DNA of 64,000 nt from Deltaproteobacteria bacterium (GCA_040218735.1 JAVJQW010000017.1:128001-192000), one strand, 5' to 3'. Shown: positions 39,410-52,300, counted from the stretch's first letter. The notes: a model not told the origin generated them from the letters alone. Numbers and translations are program-made.

Positions 39410-41476
39410 ATGTCCGATTCACGCATCGAACAGCTCAAGGGCATCTTCTTCGAAGAAGCCGAAGAGGGCCTCGAGACCATGGAGCAGGGGCTCCTAGAGC
39501 TCGACGAAGGCTCGAAGGACCCGGAGCTCATCAACACGATCTTCCGCGCCGCGCACTCCATCAAAGGGGGGAGCGGCACGTTCGGCTTCAGCGAGCTGAT
39601 CGAGTTCACCCACAGCATGGAGAGTCTCCTGGACGCGATGCGCTCGGGCGACAAGGCGATCACCACCGAAGCGACCAGCGCGTTGCTCGAGTCGGTCGAT
39701 CACCTCCGCGCGCTCCTGACGGACGCCCGTAACAACGACCCGATCGACTCGGAGTCCAGCCGCCCCTACATCGACCGGCTCAACGCGATCCTCGGAGCGG
39801 ACGACGCGGCCCCGTCCAACGCCGCGGCCCCGGCTCAGGATGCCAGCGCCCGCGCGGCGGGCTGGAACATCGACTTCAAACCCCACCCCGACCTGATGCA
39901 GTCGGGCAACGATCCCTATCTGATCGTGCGCGAGATCACGGGCCTCGGCCCGGCCAAGACCACCGTCGATGTCTCCAACGTTCCGTCGTGGGACGTCCTC
40001 GACCCGGAGAACCTCTACCTCGGCTGGACGATCCGTTTGGAAGCGGCCGCTGAGGAACAACAGATTCACGACGCGTTTGCGTGGGTCGACGACCAGGCCG
40101 ACATCCGCGTCGAGCCGATCGAAGCGAAGCCCGTCGCCGCGCCCGAGGCCGCTCCGGCCCCGGAGGCGGCGCCCGAGCCGTCGCCGAAGAAGGCGGAGGC
40201 CGCCGCTCCCGCGAAGCCCCCCGCCGCCCCGAAGCCGCGCTCGGCTAAGGCCGGGAGTAGCTCGATCCGCGTGAGCATCGACAAGGTCGATGCCCTCATC
40301 AACATCGTCGGCGAGCTCGTCATCACCCAGTCGATGCTCGGTCAGATCGAAAAAGACTTCGACATGAGCAAGCTCGAAAAGCTGCGCGACGGTCTGTCGC
40401 AGCTCGAGCGCAACACCCGGGAGCTCCAGGAGAGCGTGATGCGCATCCGCATGCTCCCGATCAGCTCCGTGTTCAGCCGCTTCCCGCGCATGGTGCGCGA
40501 CCTCTCTCGCCAGCTCGAGAAGAAGGTGCACCTGGAGCTGTCCGGTGAGAGCACCGAGCTCGACAAGACGGTGATGGAGAAGATCGGCGACCCGCTGGTC
40601 CACCTCGTTCGCAACTCACTCGACCACGGCCTCGAGGCTCCGGCGGATCGACTCGAAGCAGGGAAGCCGGAGACCGGCCGCATCGAGCTGAACGCGTTCC
40701 ACCAGGGCGGGAACATCGTCATCGAGATCTGCGACGACGGACGTGGACTCCCCACCGACCGCATCCGCGAGAAGGCGATCTCGAAGGGGCTCATGTCGGC
40801 GGACGACACCTCCAGCTCGACCGAGAAGATTCACGACTTCATCTTCCACCCGGGCTTCTCGACCGCGAAGGAGGTCAGCGACCTCTCGGGGCGCGGGGTC
40901 GGCCTGGACGTGGTTCGCAAGAACATCCGCGCGCTCGGCGGCAGCGTCGAGGTGCAGTCGTCGCCGGGCGAGGGTACCAAGTTCACGATTCGACTCCCGC
41001 TGACGCTGGCCATCCTCGACGGCCAACTCATCAACGTCGGCGACGAGACGTACATCGTTCCGCTCGTCTCGATCATCGAGTCGCTCCAGATCGACGGCAA
41101 GCAGGTCAACGCGATCGCCGGCAAGGCCGAGGTCTATCGGCTCCGCGAGCAGTACATCCCGATCGTCCGCCTCTACGACCTCTTCGGAATCGAGGGCGGC
41201 GAGCGGAAGCTCGACGGGGGGCTCCTCGTCGTCGTGGAAGGCGACGGCCAACACGCCGGCCTGCTCGTGGATGACCTGCAGAACCAACAGCAGGTGGTCA
41301 TCAAGAGCCTCGACACCAACTACCGGAGGGTCGACGGCGTGTCCGGCGCGACGATCCTCGGCGACGGCACCGTCGCGCTCATCCTCGACATCCCGGGCCT
41401 GATCAAGTTCGCCAACGACCGCTCGCGACGGGCCGAAACGCCGCGCCTGCCTCAGGACAAGTTCGCCCTGAACTGA
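39410..41476 (+). CDS. cheA: Chemotaxis histidine kinase CheA (P1-P2-P3-P4-P5, no fused REC)
   Basis: IFRAAHSIKGG, SIRVSIDKVD, HLVRNSLDHG, DDGRG, SGRGVGLDVV, LPLTLAI, GATILGDG. Confidence 0.97.
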   Translation: MSDSRIEQLKGIFFEEAEEGLETMEQGLLELDEGSKDPELINTIFRAAHSIKGGSGTFGFSELIEFTHSMESLLDAMRSGDKAITTEATSALLESVDHLRALLTDARNNDPIDSESSRPYIDRLNAILGADDAAPSNAAAPAQDASARAAGWNIDFKPHPDLMQSGNDPYLIVREITGLGPAKTTVDVSNVPSWDVLDPENLYLGWTIRLEAAAEEQQIHDAFAWVDDQADIRVEPIEAKPVAAPEAAPAPEAAPEPSPKKAEAAAPAKPPAAPKPRSAKAGSSSIRVSIDKVDALINIVGELVITQSMLGQIEKDFDMSKLEKLRDGLSQLERNTRELQESVMRIRMLPISSVFSRFPRMVRDLSRQLEKKVHLELSGESTELDKTVMEKIGDPLVHLVRNSLDHGLEAPADRLEAGKPETGRIELNAFHQGGNIVIEICDDGRGLPTDRIREKAISKGLMSADDTSSSTEKIHDFIFHPGFSTAKEVSDLSGRGVGLDVVRKNIRALGGSVEVQSSPGEGTKFTIRLPLTLAILDGQLINVGDETYIVPLVSIIESLQIDGKQVNAIAGKAEVYRLREQYIPIVRLYDLFGIEGGERKLDGGLLVVVEGDGQHAGLLVDDLQNQQQVVIKSLDTNYRRVDGVSGATILGDGTVALILDIPGLIKFANDRSRRAETPRLPQDKFALN

Positions 41477-41487
41477 AAGGACCGACC

Positions 41488-41994
41488 GTGGAAACTCAAC
41501 AAACGACTCAGATGGACGGGCTGGACGTCAACGCCGCGGAGGGTCAGCTCCTCACGTTCCTGCTCGCAGGCGAAGAGTACGGCGTCGACATCTTGAGGGT
41601 GCAGGAGATCCGCGGCTGGGACTCCGCGACGCGCGTCCCCAACACGCCGCGGTACATCAAGGGGATCATCAACCTCCGCGGGACGATCGTGCCGATCGTC
41701 GATCTGCGGGAGCGCTTCAACCTCGACCGCGTCGACTATGGTCCGACGACCGTCGTCATCGTGCTGAAGGTCGTCTCGGGCGAAACATCGCGAATCATGG
41801 GGATCGTCGTCGACGCGGTCTCCGACGTCTACAACCTGTCGTCGGAACAGCTGCGCCCGGCGCCGGACTTCGGCGGGAGCATCGACACGGAGTTCATCGA
41901 GGGTCTCATGACCGTCGAGGAGCAGATGATCATCGTGCTCGACATCGACCACCTCCTCAACTCAGGAGATCTCGCGGTGGCCGCTGCGGCGTGA
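41488..41994 (+). CDS. cheW: Chemotaxis adaptor CheW
   Basis: EEYGVDILRVQEI, GIINLRGTIVPIVDLR, GIVVDAVSDV. Confidence 0.97.
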   Translation: METQQTTQMDGLDVNAAEGQLLTFLLAGEEYGVDILRVQEIRGWDSATRVPNTPRYIKGIINLRGTIVPIVDLRERFNLDRVDYGPTTVVIVLKVVSGETSRIMGIVVDAVSDVYNLSSEQLRPAPDFGGSIDTEFIEGLMTVEEQMIIVLDIDHLLNSGDLAVAAAA

Positions 41995-42004
41995 GTGGAC
42001 GGCG

Positions 42005-42832
42005 ATGAAACAGGAGATTCGCTACCTGGATCGTGACTTCGACTGGATTCGGACGACGATCAAGTCGAAGACTGGCATCAACCTGGGCGAGGAGAAGCGC
42101 GACCTGGTCTACAACCGGCTCGCGCGGCGCGTCCGAGGTTACGGCCTCGCCGACTTCTCGGCGTACATCGACTACGTCACGAAGAACCCGGCGGAGGAGA
42201 TGGAGTCGTTGATCAACGCGATCACGACGAACGTCACCGCGTTCTACCGGGAGCCCCACCACTTCGAACAACTCACTCGGTTCATCCGGACGATCCCGGC
42301 CAACCACCGGGGCGGCCGCAAGCTGCGCGTCTGGTCGGCAGGTTGCTCGAGCGGAATGGAGCCCTACACCATCGCGATCACCATTCAAGAGGCCACGCGC
42401 GGTCAGAAGGGCTGGGACGCCAAGATCCTCGCGACGGATCTCGACACCGAGATCCTCCGAAAGGCGGCGGCGGGTGAGTACCGGGACAACGCGGTGAAGG
42501 ATGTCGACAAACCTCTCCGGTCTCGCTACTTCGTCGATGGGAAGGCAGCCAACCAGGGCCGGTCGAAAGTCACACCCGAGCTCAGGAATCTCATCACGTT
42601 CAAGCGCCTCAACCTCATGAGCCAGTGGCCCATGAAACACCCGTTCGACGTCATCTTCTGTCGAAACGTGATGATCTATTTCGACAAACCCACCCAGGCC
42701 TCACTCCTGGAGCGTTTCGTCGACCGTCTGGCCGTCGGAGGCCTCCTGTGCATCGGGCACAGCGAATCCATTCCGCCGTCGATGGACCGGTTGGAGTCCC
42801 TCGGAAAGACCGCCTTCCGGAAGGTCAAATGA
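42005..42832 (+). CDS. cheR: Chemotaxis methyltransferase CheR
   Basis: TTNVTAFYRE, VWSAGCSSGMEPY, ATDLD, FDVIFCRNVMIYF, GHSES. Confidence 0.97.
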   Translation: MKQEIRYLDRDFDWIRTTIKSKTGINLGEEKRDLVYNRLARRVRGYGLADFSAYIDYVTKNPAEEMESLINAITTNVTAFYREPHHFEQLTRFIRTIPANHRGGRKLRVWSAGCSSGMEPYTIAITIQEATRGQKGWDAKILATDLDTEILRKAAAGEYRDNAVKDVDKPLRSRYFVDGKAANQGRSKVTPELRNLITFKRLNLMSQWPMKHPFDVIFCRNVMIYFDKPTQASLLERFVDRLAVGGLLCIGHSESIPPSMDRLESLGKTAFRKVK

Positions 42833-43470
42833 ACGTGGCCACGAAACAACCGGGGCCATGCCTGCCGGGTTTCGAAGCCATCCGCAGGTTCTGGGATGTG
42901 CGATGTGACAGCGTCGTCGCCCAGATCAACCCCGGAGAGTTCTACGTGACCCGCGGTGAGGAGCGAATTTCCACCGTGCTGGGTTCGTGTGTCTCGGCCT
43001 GTATCTGGTCTCCTCAGGCCGGGATCGGGGGGATGAACCACTTCATGCTCCCGCTCTCGGACGGCGACGTCTCGACGGCCTGGAAGAAGGTCGACGCCAA
43101 GAACGCGTCGACCCGCTACGGCGACTTCGCGATGGAGCGCTTGGTCAACGAGCTCATCAAGTACGGCGCGAATCGCCTCGACCTCCGCGTCAAGCTGGTC
43201 GGTGGCGGGATGATGTGGGCGTCCGAAGGCGGCATCGGTCAGCGCAACATCGAGTTCGCGAAGGACTACGTTCGCCGCGAGAACCTCCGCCTCGAGGGGT
43301 CCGATCTCGGCCTCCCGGTCGCGCGACGCGTGCTGTTCGACCCTCGGGCAGGGCGCGTCAAAGTGAAGAAGCTGGCCTCGGATGCCGCCGGTGCTCTGGC
43401 GAAACGCGAGCGCACGTACAAGCAACAGATCGCCAAGAAGCCCGTCGCGGGTGAGATCGATCTGTTCTGA
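42829..43470 (+). CDS. cheD: Chemoreceptor glutamine deamidase CheD
   Basis: [34 protein letters not shown]; C-terminal GEIDLF; ATGA overlap with cheR. Confidence 0.95.
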   Translation: MNVATKQPGPCLPGFEAIRRFWDVRCDSVVAQINPGEFYVTRGEERISTVLGSCVSACIWSPQAGIGGMNHFMLPLSDGDVSTAWKKVDAKNASTRYGDFAMERLVNELIKYGANRLDLRVKLVGGGMMWASEGGIGQRNIEFAKDYVRRENLRLEGSDLGLPVARRVLFDPRAGRVKVKKLASDAAGALAKRERTYKQQIAKKPVAGEIDLF

Positions 43471-43487
43471 CTACGGAAGGAAGACGC

Positions 43488-44585
43488 ATGTCGAAGAAGA
43501 TCAAGGTACTCATCGTCGACGACTCGGCGCTCGTGCGGAAGCTCCTCACGGAGATCCTCGGCGGCGACCGTCAGATCGAAGTCGTGGGTACCGCCGCGGA
43601 ACCCTACGCCGCGCGCAACAAGATCAAATCCCTCAATCCGGACGTGATCACGTTGGACGTGGAGATGCCGAGGATGGACGGCCTTACGTTCCTCGAGCAC
43701 CTGATGCGGCTGCGTCCGATGCCGGTGGTGATGGTCTCGTCCCTCACCGAGCAGGGCGCCGACACGACGATGCGAGCGTTGGAGCTCGGCGCGGTCGACT
43801 TCGTGACCAAGCCGAAGATCGACCTCGCCCACACCCTCACGGACTACGCCGACGAGCTCCGCGCGAAGGTGAAGACCGCCGCGGGCGCACGGGTTCGCCA
43901 GCTCGCGCGCAAGCCCACGATGAAGGTCAACCCGAAGCACTCGGCGGACGCCGTGCTGAAGAAGGTCGACCGGCCGGTGCACTTCCGCACGACGGATCGC
44001 ATCGTCGCGATCGGCGCGTCGACGGGCGGCACCGAAGCCATCAAAGAGGTGCTGCTCGACATCCCGGCGGACTCACCAATCATCGTCATCGCACAGCACA
44101 TCCCGGAGAGCTTCAGCCTCGCGTTCGCGAAGCGGCTCGACAAGACCGTGGCCGTTCGTGTGTCCGAGGCGCGCGACGGCCAGCAGCTCCTTCCGGGACA
44201 CGCGTACGTGGCGCCGGGTGGGCAGCACTTCGTCGTGAAGCGCAACGGCGCGCGGTACGTCGCAGAGCTCAACAAGGGCCCCGCGGTGAACCGTCACCGG
44301 CCTTCGGTGGACGTGCTCTTCCGCTCCGTCGCGCAGAACGCCGGCCCCAACGCGATCGGCGTCCTACTCACGGGCATGGGCGACGACGGCGCCGCCGGGC
44401 TCCTCGAGCTCAAGGAGGCCGGAGCGCCGACGATCGCGCAGGACAAGAACACGAGCGTCGTCTGGGGCATGCCGGGCGAAGCCGTCAAACTCGGAGCCGC
44501 GATGGAGCAGCTCCCCCTACAAAATGTCGCCTCGCGCATTCTCGAAATTGCGCGTGGCAAGGCCTCGATGAAGCGAGCTGGCTAG
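43488..44585 (+). CDS. cheB: Chemotaxis methylesterase CheB (REC + esterase)
   Basis: [42 protein letters not shown]. Confidence 0.97.
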   Translation: MSKKIKVLIVDDSALVRKLLTEILGGDRQIEVVGTAAEPYAARNKIKSLNPDVITLDVEMPRMDGLTFLEHLMRLRPMPVVMVSSLTEQGADTTMRALELGAVDFVTKPKIDLAHTLTDYADELRAKVKTAAGARVRQLARKPTMKVNPKHSADAVLKKVDRPVHFRTTDRIVAIGASTGGTEAIKEVLLDIPADSPIIVIAQHIPESFSLAFAKRLDKTVAVRVSEARDGQQLLPGHAYVAPGGQHFVVKRNGARYVAELNKGPAVNRHRPSVDVLFRSVAQNAGPNAIGVLLTGMGDDGAAGLLELKEAGAPTIAQDKNTSVVWGMPGEAVKLGAAMEQLPLQNVASRILEIARGKASMKRAG

Positions 44586-44587
44586 GC

Positions 44588-44614
44588 TCAATGTTGGACA
44601 CCATCAACCGATAA
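44588..44614 (+). promoter_or_regulatory. Sigma-28-type promoter for cheY
   Basis: TCAA-N15-ACCGATAA ending 14 nt before ATG 44629, inside a 43-bp AT-rich gap. Confidence 0.75.
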
Positions 44615-44628
44615 ATAGGTACAGCACC

Positions 44629-44991
44629 ATGGCTCACATTCTCGCAGTGGATGACTCTCCTTCGATGCGCGCGCTGGTTCTGGCGACGCTGGAAGACGCC
44701 GGACACCAGGTGACCCAGGCGTCCGACGGCGTCGAGGCCCTAGAGAAGGCCAGGTCGGGCGCCGTCAACCTCGTGCTCGCCGACGTCAACATGCCGAACA
44801 TGGACGGCATCACGTTGGTGAAGGAGCTTCGGGGCCTCGACACGTACAAATTCGTGCCGATCCTGATGCTCACCACCGAGGTGAACGCGGACCGCAAGAA
44901 AGCCGCGAAGGACGCCGGCGCGACCGGGTGGCTCGTGAAGCCGTTCGATCCCTCGCAGCTCCTCGCGACGATCGAACGCGTCCTCCCCTGA
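44629..44991 (+). CDS. cheY: Single-domain response regulator CheY
   Basis: ILAVDDS, LADVNMPNMDG, MLTTE, GATGWLVKPF. Confidence 0.93.
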   Translation: MAHILAVDDSPSMRALVLATLEDAGHQVTQASDGVEALEKARSGAVNLVLADVNMPNMDGITLVKELRGLDTYKFVPILMLTTEVNADRKKAAKDAGATGWLVKPFDPSQLLATIERVLP

Positions 44992-45019
44992 CCGGCCCGA
45001 ACCTGATTCGAGTTGCCGA

Positions 45020-45445
45020 TCAAGCGCTCGCGCTGAGCGCCGCTCGAGCGACGAGCCCCGCGAACACGAGCACCAACACCACTCCCACCGTGAAGATTCG
45101 CCGACGCGTCGGAACGTGATTGCGCGTGGTGTGGACGAGCGCGTGCGCGATGCGACTCGCCACGAACGCCCAGGCCACCCCAACGGCCCACCCATCCACG
45201 GCGTCCAGGACACACAGCGACAACGCCAACACGTAGAACAGCACCGGGACCTCGAACTGGTTCCGGATGCAGTTGTTCACTTGGATGACGTGGTCGGGCC
45301 AGGCGTCCTCGAACAGCGCTCGGCGCGCCTCGTTCACCTCGCCCGCGCGGGCCGCGCGTTTCTTACGGACGACCAAGACCACGTAGAGCACGATCGTCAG
45401 GAGCACCTGGACGACGAGCGGGAGAGTCAGCGATACGCGGCTCAC
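45020..45445 (-). CDS. MAPEG family membrane protein
   Basis: NNCIRNQFEVPVLFY, AWAFVASRIAH; four hydrophobic helices. Confidence 0.85.
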   Translation of the reverse strand: MSRVSLTLPLVVQVLLTIVLYVVLVVRKKRAARAGEVNEARRALFEDAWPDHVIQVNNCIRNQFEVPVLFYVLALSLCVLDAVDGWAVGVAWAFVASRIAHALVHTTRNHVPTRRRIFTVGVVLVLVFAGLVARAALSASA

Positions 45446-46134
45446 GACGCTCGCTTCTTGCCGACGAAGTAGATGCCGTAGCCGAACGGCGTGCGCGCGA
45501 GCTTGTCCTTCGGGATGAGGCCGTCGAGATACTTGAGCGGACCGAACACCGCGTGCGAGGCGCCGCGCGCCGCCTTGCGGGCGAGCCCCTCCCCTTCCAG
45601 TAGCCGCCCCGACAGGTACATCGCGCTCGTCGCGAGCGCGCTCATCGGACCGATGTGTGTCCCCGCCCGGACCTGGTCGAAGCCGCCGCGGTCGAACAAC
45701 AACCTCAGGCCCGCGAGCGTGAACCGCCAGTAGTCCTCGGGCTCGGGGTTGTAGGGCTGGAACATCCCGACCTCCAGGTGCACGAGGCCCCCGGTGCGCA
45801 GCACGCGATTGAATTCGGACACGACCTTCGCCGGGTCGTGGCAGAGGTTGAGCGTGCCCGTGCAGACCGCGAGGTCGTACGCCGCGTCGTCGAGCGGCAG
45901 CGCGTGGGCGTCACCGACGAGGTCGACGTTCGGACCCGGCGCGACGTCGACACACACCGCGTCGGGACGAATGCGCCGACCGCCGGCGCCGATGTCGCAG
46001 ATCTTCGCGTCCAGGGCCAACGCGGCGAGGGTGTCGTCCAGCGGACGTTCCACGCGCCACGTCGGCTCGAGGAGCCGCATCAACGGATTGGGATGGGGTT
46101 CGCGGTCGTCCGTCACCATCGCGGCGCGGACCAT
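45442..46134 (-). CDS. Class I SAM-dependent methyltransferase
   Basis: ICDIGAG, GDAHALP, YDLAVC, RVLRTGG, DYWRFT. Confidence 0.88.
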   Translation of the reverse strand: MVRAAMVTDDREPHPNPLMRLLEPTWRVERPLDDTLAALALDAKICDIGAGGRRIRPDAVCVDVAPGPNVDLVGDAHALPLDDAAYDLAVCTGTLNLCHDPAKVVSEFNRVLRTGGLVHLEVGMFQPYNPEPEDYWRFTLAGLRLLFDRGGFDQVRAGTHIGPMSALATSAMYLSGRLLEGEGLARKAARGASHAVFGPLKYLDGLIPKDKLARTPFGYGIYFVGKKRAS

Positions 46135-46194
46135 ACCATCGCGTGGGGTCCGGAAGGGCCCGCGCAGCGAGGCGAAGCCGAGCGAAGGGCCGCA

Positions 46195-46210
46195 GGCGAG
46201 CTTGCTCGCC
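46195..46210. repeat. Palindromic hairpin GGCGAGC-TT-GCTCGCC (REP-like or terminator-like) downstream of ftsH
   Basis: 7-bp perfect inverted repeat; nearby direct repeat GAAGGGCC at 46153 and 46184. Confidence 0.4.
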
Positions 46211-46224
46211 GATAACGGCCAAGA

Positions 46225-48177
<1,953 letters not shown>

Positions 48178-48204
48178 CGTTCGTCTTCTTCCCGAACAGG
48201 AACC

Positions 48205-49263
48205 CTAAAGCTCCTGCGCGTCCAGCATTCTATGATTCAATGTCCAGAACACCCAAACTTCCTTTGTTGTTTCTCCAACTTCCGCGCCTGAAGCACGGAG
48301 GAGTCCGGGGATCCAGAGGACTTGCCCGTCGGCCTCGACCACCCACACCGCCGACCGGGCCTCGACGGGCACGCCGCCCTCGCGGAGGACGTCACGGACC
48401 TTGCGGTGGAACGACCGACCGAAAGGTCGGATACGGTCGCCCGGTCGGACCGGGCGGACGGTGAACGCGCCGATCGCCCCCGCGTCGAACACCGCCTCGG
48501 CGCGACCGTCCGGGACGGCGCCGCCCGACCAGCCTCGACGCTCGAAGGCGACGGGGTTCGGCGTGAACGAGGGTGCGACGGGTGCACGAACGGGTACATC
48601 GGCACTTTCGACTCGTTGTGAAACACCGTCCGCACTTCGCGCTAAACGCCCCCTCAGACCCGGCCGATAGCGGCGCTCCATCAACGGGAGGAGCTCTTTG
48701 CGGATCCGGTTGCGCAGATACCGCGGCTCCAGGTTCGAAGGATCGTCGCGCCAGATGAGCCCGTGGCGTTCGGCGTGCTTTCGAAGCACCGACTTCGGGA
48801 CGTCCAGCAGCGGACGAAGAATCGTGTCGCGTTGGCGCGGGATCCCCTTCGCGCGCCCCGTCCGGATCAGACTCAACAGGACCGACTCCGCCTGGTCGTC
48901 CTCGGTGTGGGCGGTGAGCACGAACGCAGCGTCGGCCTCGGATCGCATCCGAGCGAGCGCGGCGTAACGCGCGTCGCGCAGATCGGCTTCGGCCGCGGAG
49001 GCGGGCGTCACCCGCTCCGTGAGGAACGCGGCACCGATCGTGTCGGCGAACGCACGCACCGCCTCGGCGTCCGCGGCGGAGCCCGGCCGCACGCCGTGGT
49101 CCACGTGCCCGAGCACAAGCCGCCGCGCCCCATACAGAGTAGCGACCGCATCCGCGAGCACCGTCGAGTCGAGGCCGCCGGAGCACGCGACGAGCAGCCG
49201 CGTCTCTCCCCGGCGCGTCACGCCGAGCGGCTCGAGGGTTCGCTCGATGGCGGCGAGCAACAT
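48205..49263 (-). CDS. tilS: tRNA(Ile)-lysidine synthetase
   Basis: ACSGGLDS, HVDHGVR, AHTEDDQAE, RPLL, DPSN...RNRIR; position directly upstream of ftsH. Confidence 0.93.
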   Translation of the reverse strand: MLLAAIERTLEPLGVTRRGETRLLVACSGGLDSTVLADAVATLYGARRLVLGHVDHGVRPGSAADAEAVRAFADTIGAAFLTERVTPASAAEADLRDARYAALARMRSEADAAFVLTAHTEDDQAESVLLSLIRTGRAKGIPRQRDTILRPLLDVPKSVLRKHAERHGLIWRDDPSNLEPRYLRNRIRKELLPLMERRYRPGLRGRLARSADGVSQRVESADVPVRAPVAPSFTPNPVAFERRGWSGGAVPDGRAEAVFDAGAIGAFTVRPVRPGDRIRPFGRSFHRKVRDVLREGGVPVEARSAVWVVEADGQVLWIPGLLRASGAEVGETTKEVWVFWTLNHRMLDAQEL

Positions 49264-49316
49264 CGAGCCCGCAGCACACCCCGACGGGCACGCTGCGGGC
49301 AAGCGACCGTTCGCGC

Positions 49317-52300
49317 CTACGGCGCTTCGGTCATCGTCTCGACGTTGACGATCCGCAGCTTCCCGTCGGTGACCATCGCGGCGGTCGACCAGTGCCGCCC
49401 GTTGGCGAACTGGAACAACGTCGCGACGTCGGACGCGGTCCCGATCGCCGGCTGGTCGGCGGTGTCGATCGACGACTGCGTGATCTTGTACCCCATCGGC
49501 CGCGCACGGTTGCTCGTGTCGATCAGCGGCACGATGTAATACGGACGCATCACCGACCGCGGGAGGTCACCGAGCCGCGTGATCGCCCCGCCCTGACGCG
49601 TGACGATCGGAACGATCGAAGTCCCGGCCGGCGTGATCTGCCACGACGTCTGATCCATGTCGTCGCCCGCGGTGCGGTACGCCGTGACGTAGAAGGACGT
49701 GAAGTCCTCCTTCTGCACGTGGACCACGCGGACGTCGAAGCCCGGCGGGCTCGCCTGGTTCTGCGCCGTCGCGACCCGCGACACCGTGAGGCCGTCGGGC
49801 GAGATGTCGAACACCAACGGACGGACCCGGCCCGTCGACGTCCGCGTCGCGATGACCACGCGACCGTTCGTCGACGATCCCGTCGCAGAGGCCTCCAGGA
49901 AGGTGTCGGGCGAGACGTAGCTCCCCCGCTCGACGAGCGTGTCGTTCAGCGCGATGTCCCACGCGGTGACCTTCAGGTTCCCGGCCGGCGTGATAGCCGC
50001 GGTCACGAGCTCGGCGTCGACGCCGCCCGGGATCTTCGCGAGCTTCGCGAGGCTCACGGGGAAGCCGCCGTCGGTGTCCTTCAGGGTGATGTTCCCCAGC
50101 GGATCGACGCGGTAGCTGCTCAACGACAGGTCCCCCTTCACGTTCCGCATCACGGTCACGAAACGGGACGCGCTGATCCCCAACACCTCGACGCCGGAGC
50201 CGGAGCCGATGACCTTCCAGTCGTCCTCGACCACGCCGAACCCGACGCGTTTGTACGTCGCGACCTCCATCTGGTCGGCCTCCCCGCGAGTGGCGACGAC
50301 GAAGCGGCTGCTCGCCGGGAGCCGGTCGATCGCAACCTCGCTTGCATCGTGCGAGGTCGTCATGTCGTCGCGCGACGACAGGATCATCATCGGCAGACAC
50401 GACGGCGACGCTCCGGTCGCGAAGTCGAACGCGTACTTGAACAGCTCGTCGGCCTCGGGCGAGCCGCGTTTGCTGTTGATCGACAGCACCGCCTGCGCGT
50501 TGCCATCGAGCAGCGTCGCGAAGGACGTGGTGGCGCCCGCGCCGTTCTTCCCGAGCACCGCGTCGCCGCCCGCCCGCGCGACGTACGGAGGCTCGAAGCC
50601 CACCGCCGTCGCGCCGCCGTCGAGATCGAGGAGCCCGGTGTCGAGCATGACGTCGGTGTTCGCGGGCGAGAGGATGCCGCGGCCCTGCAGCGCTTCGAGC
50701 ACCGCGACCATGTCGTCGGCGGTCCCTTGCCAGCCGCCGGCGCCGCAGTTGCGCGACCATCCGTTCACGCGGTTCGGGTCGGCTTGCGTGTACGTCTCGC
50801 CGCCGAGCGGGAAGCAGGTGTCGCCGTCCATGCAGAACTGGAAGTACTTCGACTCCATGTCGTCCAGGCAGCTCGGCCCGTTCTCTACGACTTCGTCGAG
50901 CCAGAGCTCCTTGATCATCTGATCGAGATCCGGCGTCGTCGTGATGCCGGCGGTCGTCTGGTTCAGCACCCGGAGCGCCGTGAAGTTGGTGTTCACGTAG
51001 TCGCGCTTGCACTCGAGTCGACCGGGTGGCGGCGTCGGATCACACATCAGCGGCGCATCGGTGCTGAAGAAGTCCGAGCAGTCGACCTGGAGCGCGTCGT
51101 TCTCGCCACACCCCGGCGTGGTCGCGCCCGTCCAGCCGGACGTCTGCGTCATCAGGTTGTACGGCGTGCGCGCGGTGACCCACGCGGCGAGCGAGCCGTA
51201 CCCCGAGCCCGCGAGCTGCGGCGCGATCGAGCCGTTCAGGTTCAAGTCGCCGCGGTCGTCGAGCGCGAGCGTGGTCAGCGTCGTCATCAGCTTACCGACG
51301 CTCCCGTAGTTGATCACCGAGTCGCGCGTCATCGGGAGCGGCCCCGGCGCGAGACGTTTGTGCCCGTGGGCGCGCGAGAGGATCTGCTTGCCGCCCTGCG
51401 AGACCGACAGCTGGTAGCCGACGGCGCGGTGCGCGAGGTTGTCGTGCACACACTCGGCGAGGCGACCCATCTGATCCATCGTGAGCTTTCGGCTGTTGTC
51501 GACGTCGGTCTCCAGCTCGACGCCGACCATGAACGTCTGTCCGTTGCGGCGGTACGTGAGCACCTCGTCGTACGCGAAGCCGGTCGACGTCATCGACATC
51601 ACCGTCCCGGTCACGACCGTCGAGAACGGATCGAACGCCCGCAACATCGTGAACCCGTCGCGCCGGTAGAGGAGGAAGCCGTAGGTGTCGACGTCGACCT
51701 CGACGAACCGCGCGAGCTGGAAGCCGCTCCACAGCACCTGGTCGTACTTCACGACGGACTCGAGGCCGCTGCCGTCGATCGCCACGATTCGCGCGCGCCC
51801 CTCCTCGGTCGGTGACTGCCCGAACGACGAATAGGGGTCGCCGGCTTCCTTGTAGAGGACGCGGTAGACCTGACCGTCCACGTCGATGTGATCGGCGGTG
51901 CTCCACCCGGCCGACACCGTCTCGGCGCCCGCGAGGCCCCACGGGAACGCCGGGCGCTGCACCGCCGTTCCGCCCGAGAACGTGTCGAGCGCGAACTGGC
52001 GCGGCGTGCCCTGGTCGAACACGTCGAAGACGTTCTTGTGCTGCAACGCGGGCGTGTAGAGCGGCTTCGGGGAGGCGAGCTCGACACGCCCCTCCTTGTC
52101 GATCGGGTAGGCGAGCATCTTCCCGTCGGCGGGCTTGGCCAAATACAGGTGCGGCCCGGAGACTTCTTCGCCGACGCCGATGCCGCGCCACCCGGTACCT
52201 TCGACCTCGCCCTGTTGGACGACGCCGAGGCTCAGGCCCGTGTCGTCGAGGCCGAGCACGGTGAACTCACCGCTGCCGCCGGACATGACGATCAGATAGT

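Noticed and set aside
46208-46215. GCCGATAA as a fifth sigma-28 -10 box
   Set aside because: No TCAA/TAAA 15 nt upstream and no plus-strand gene downstream.
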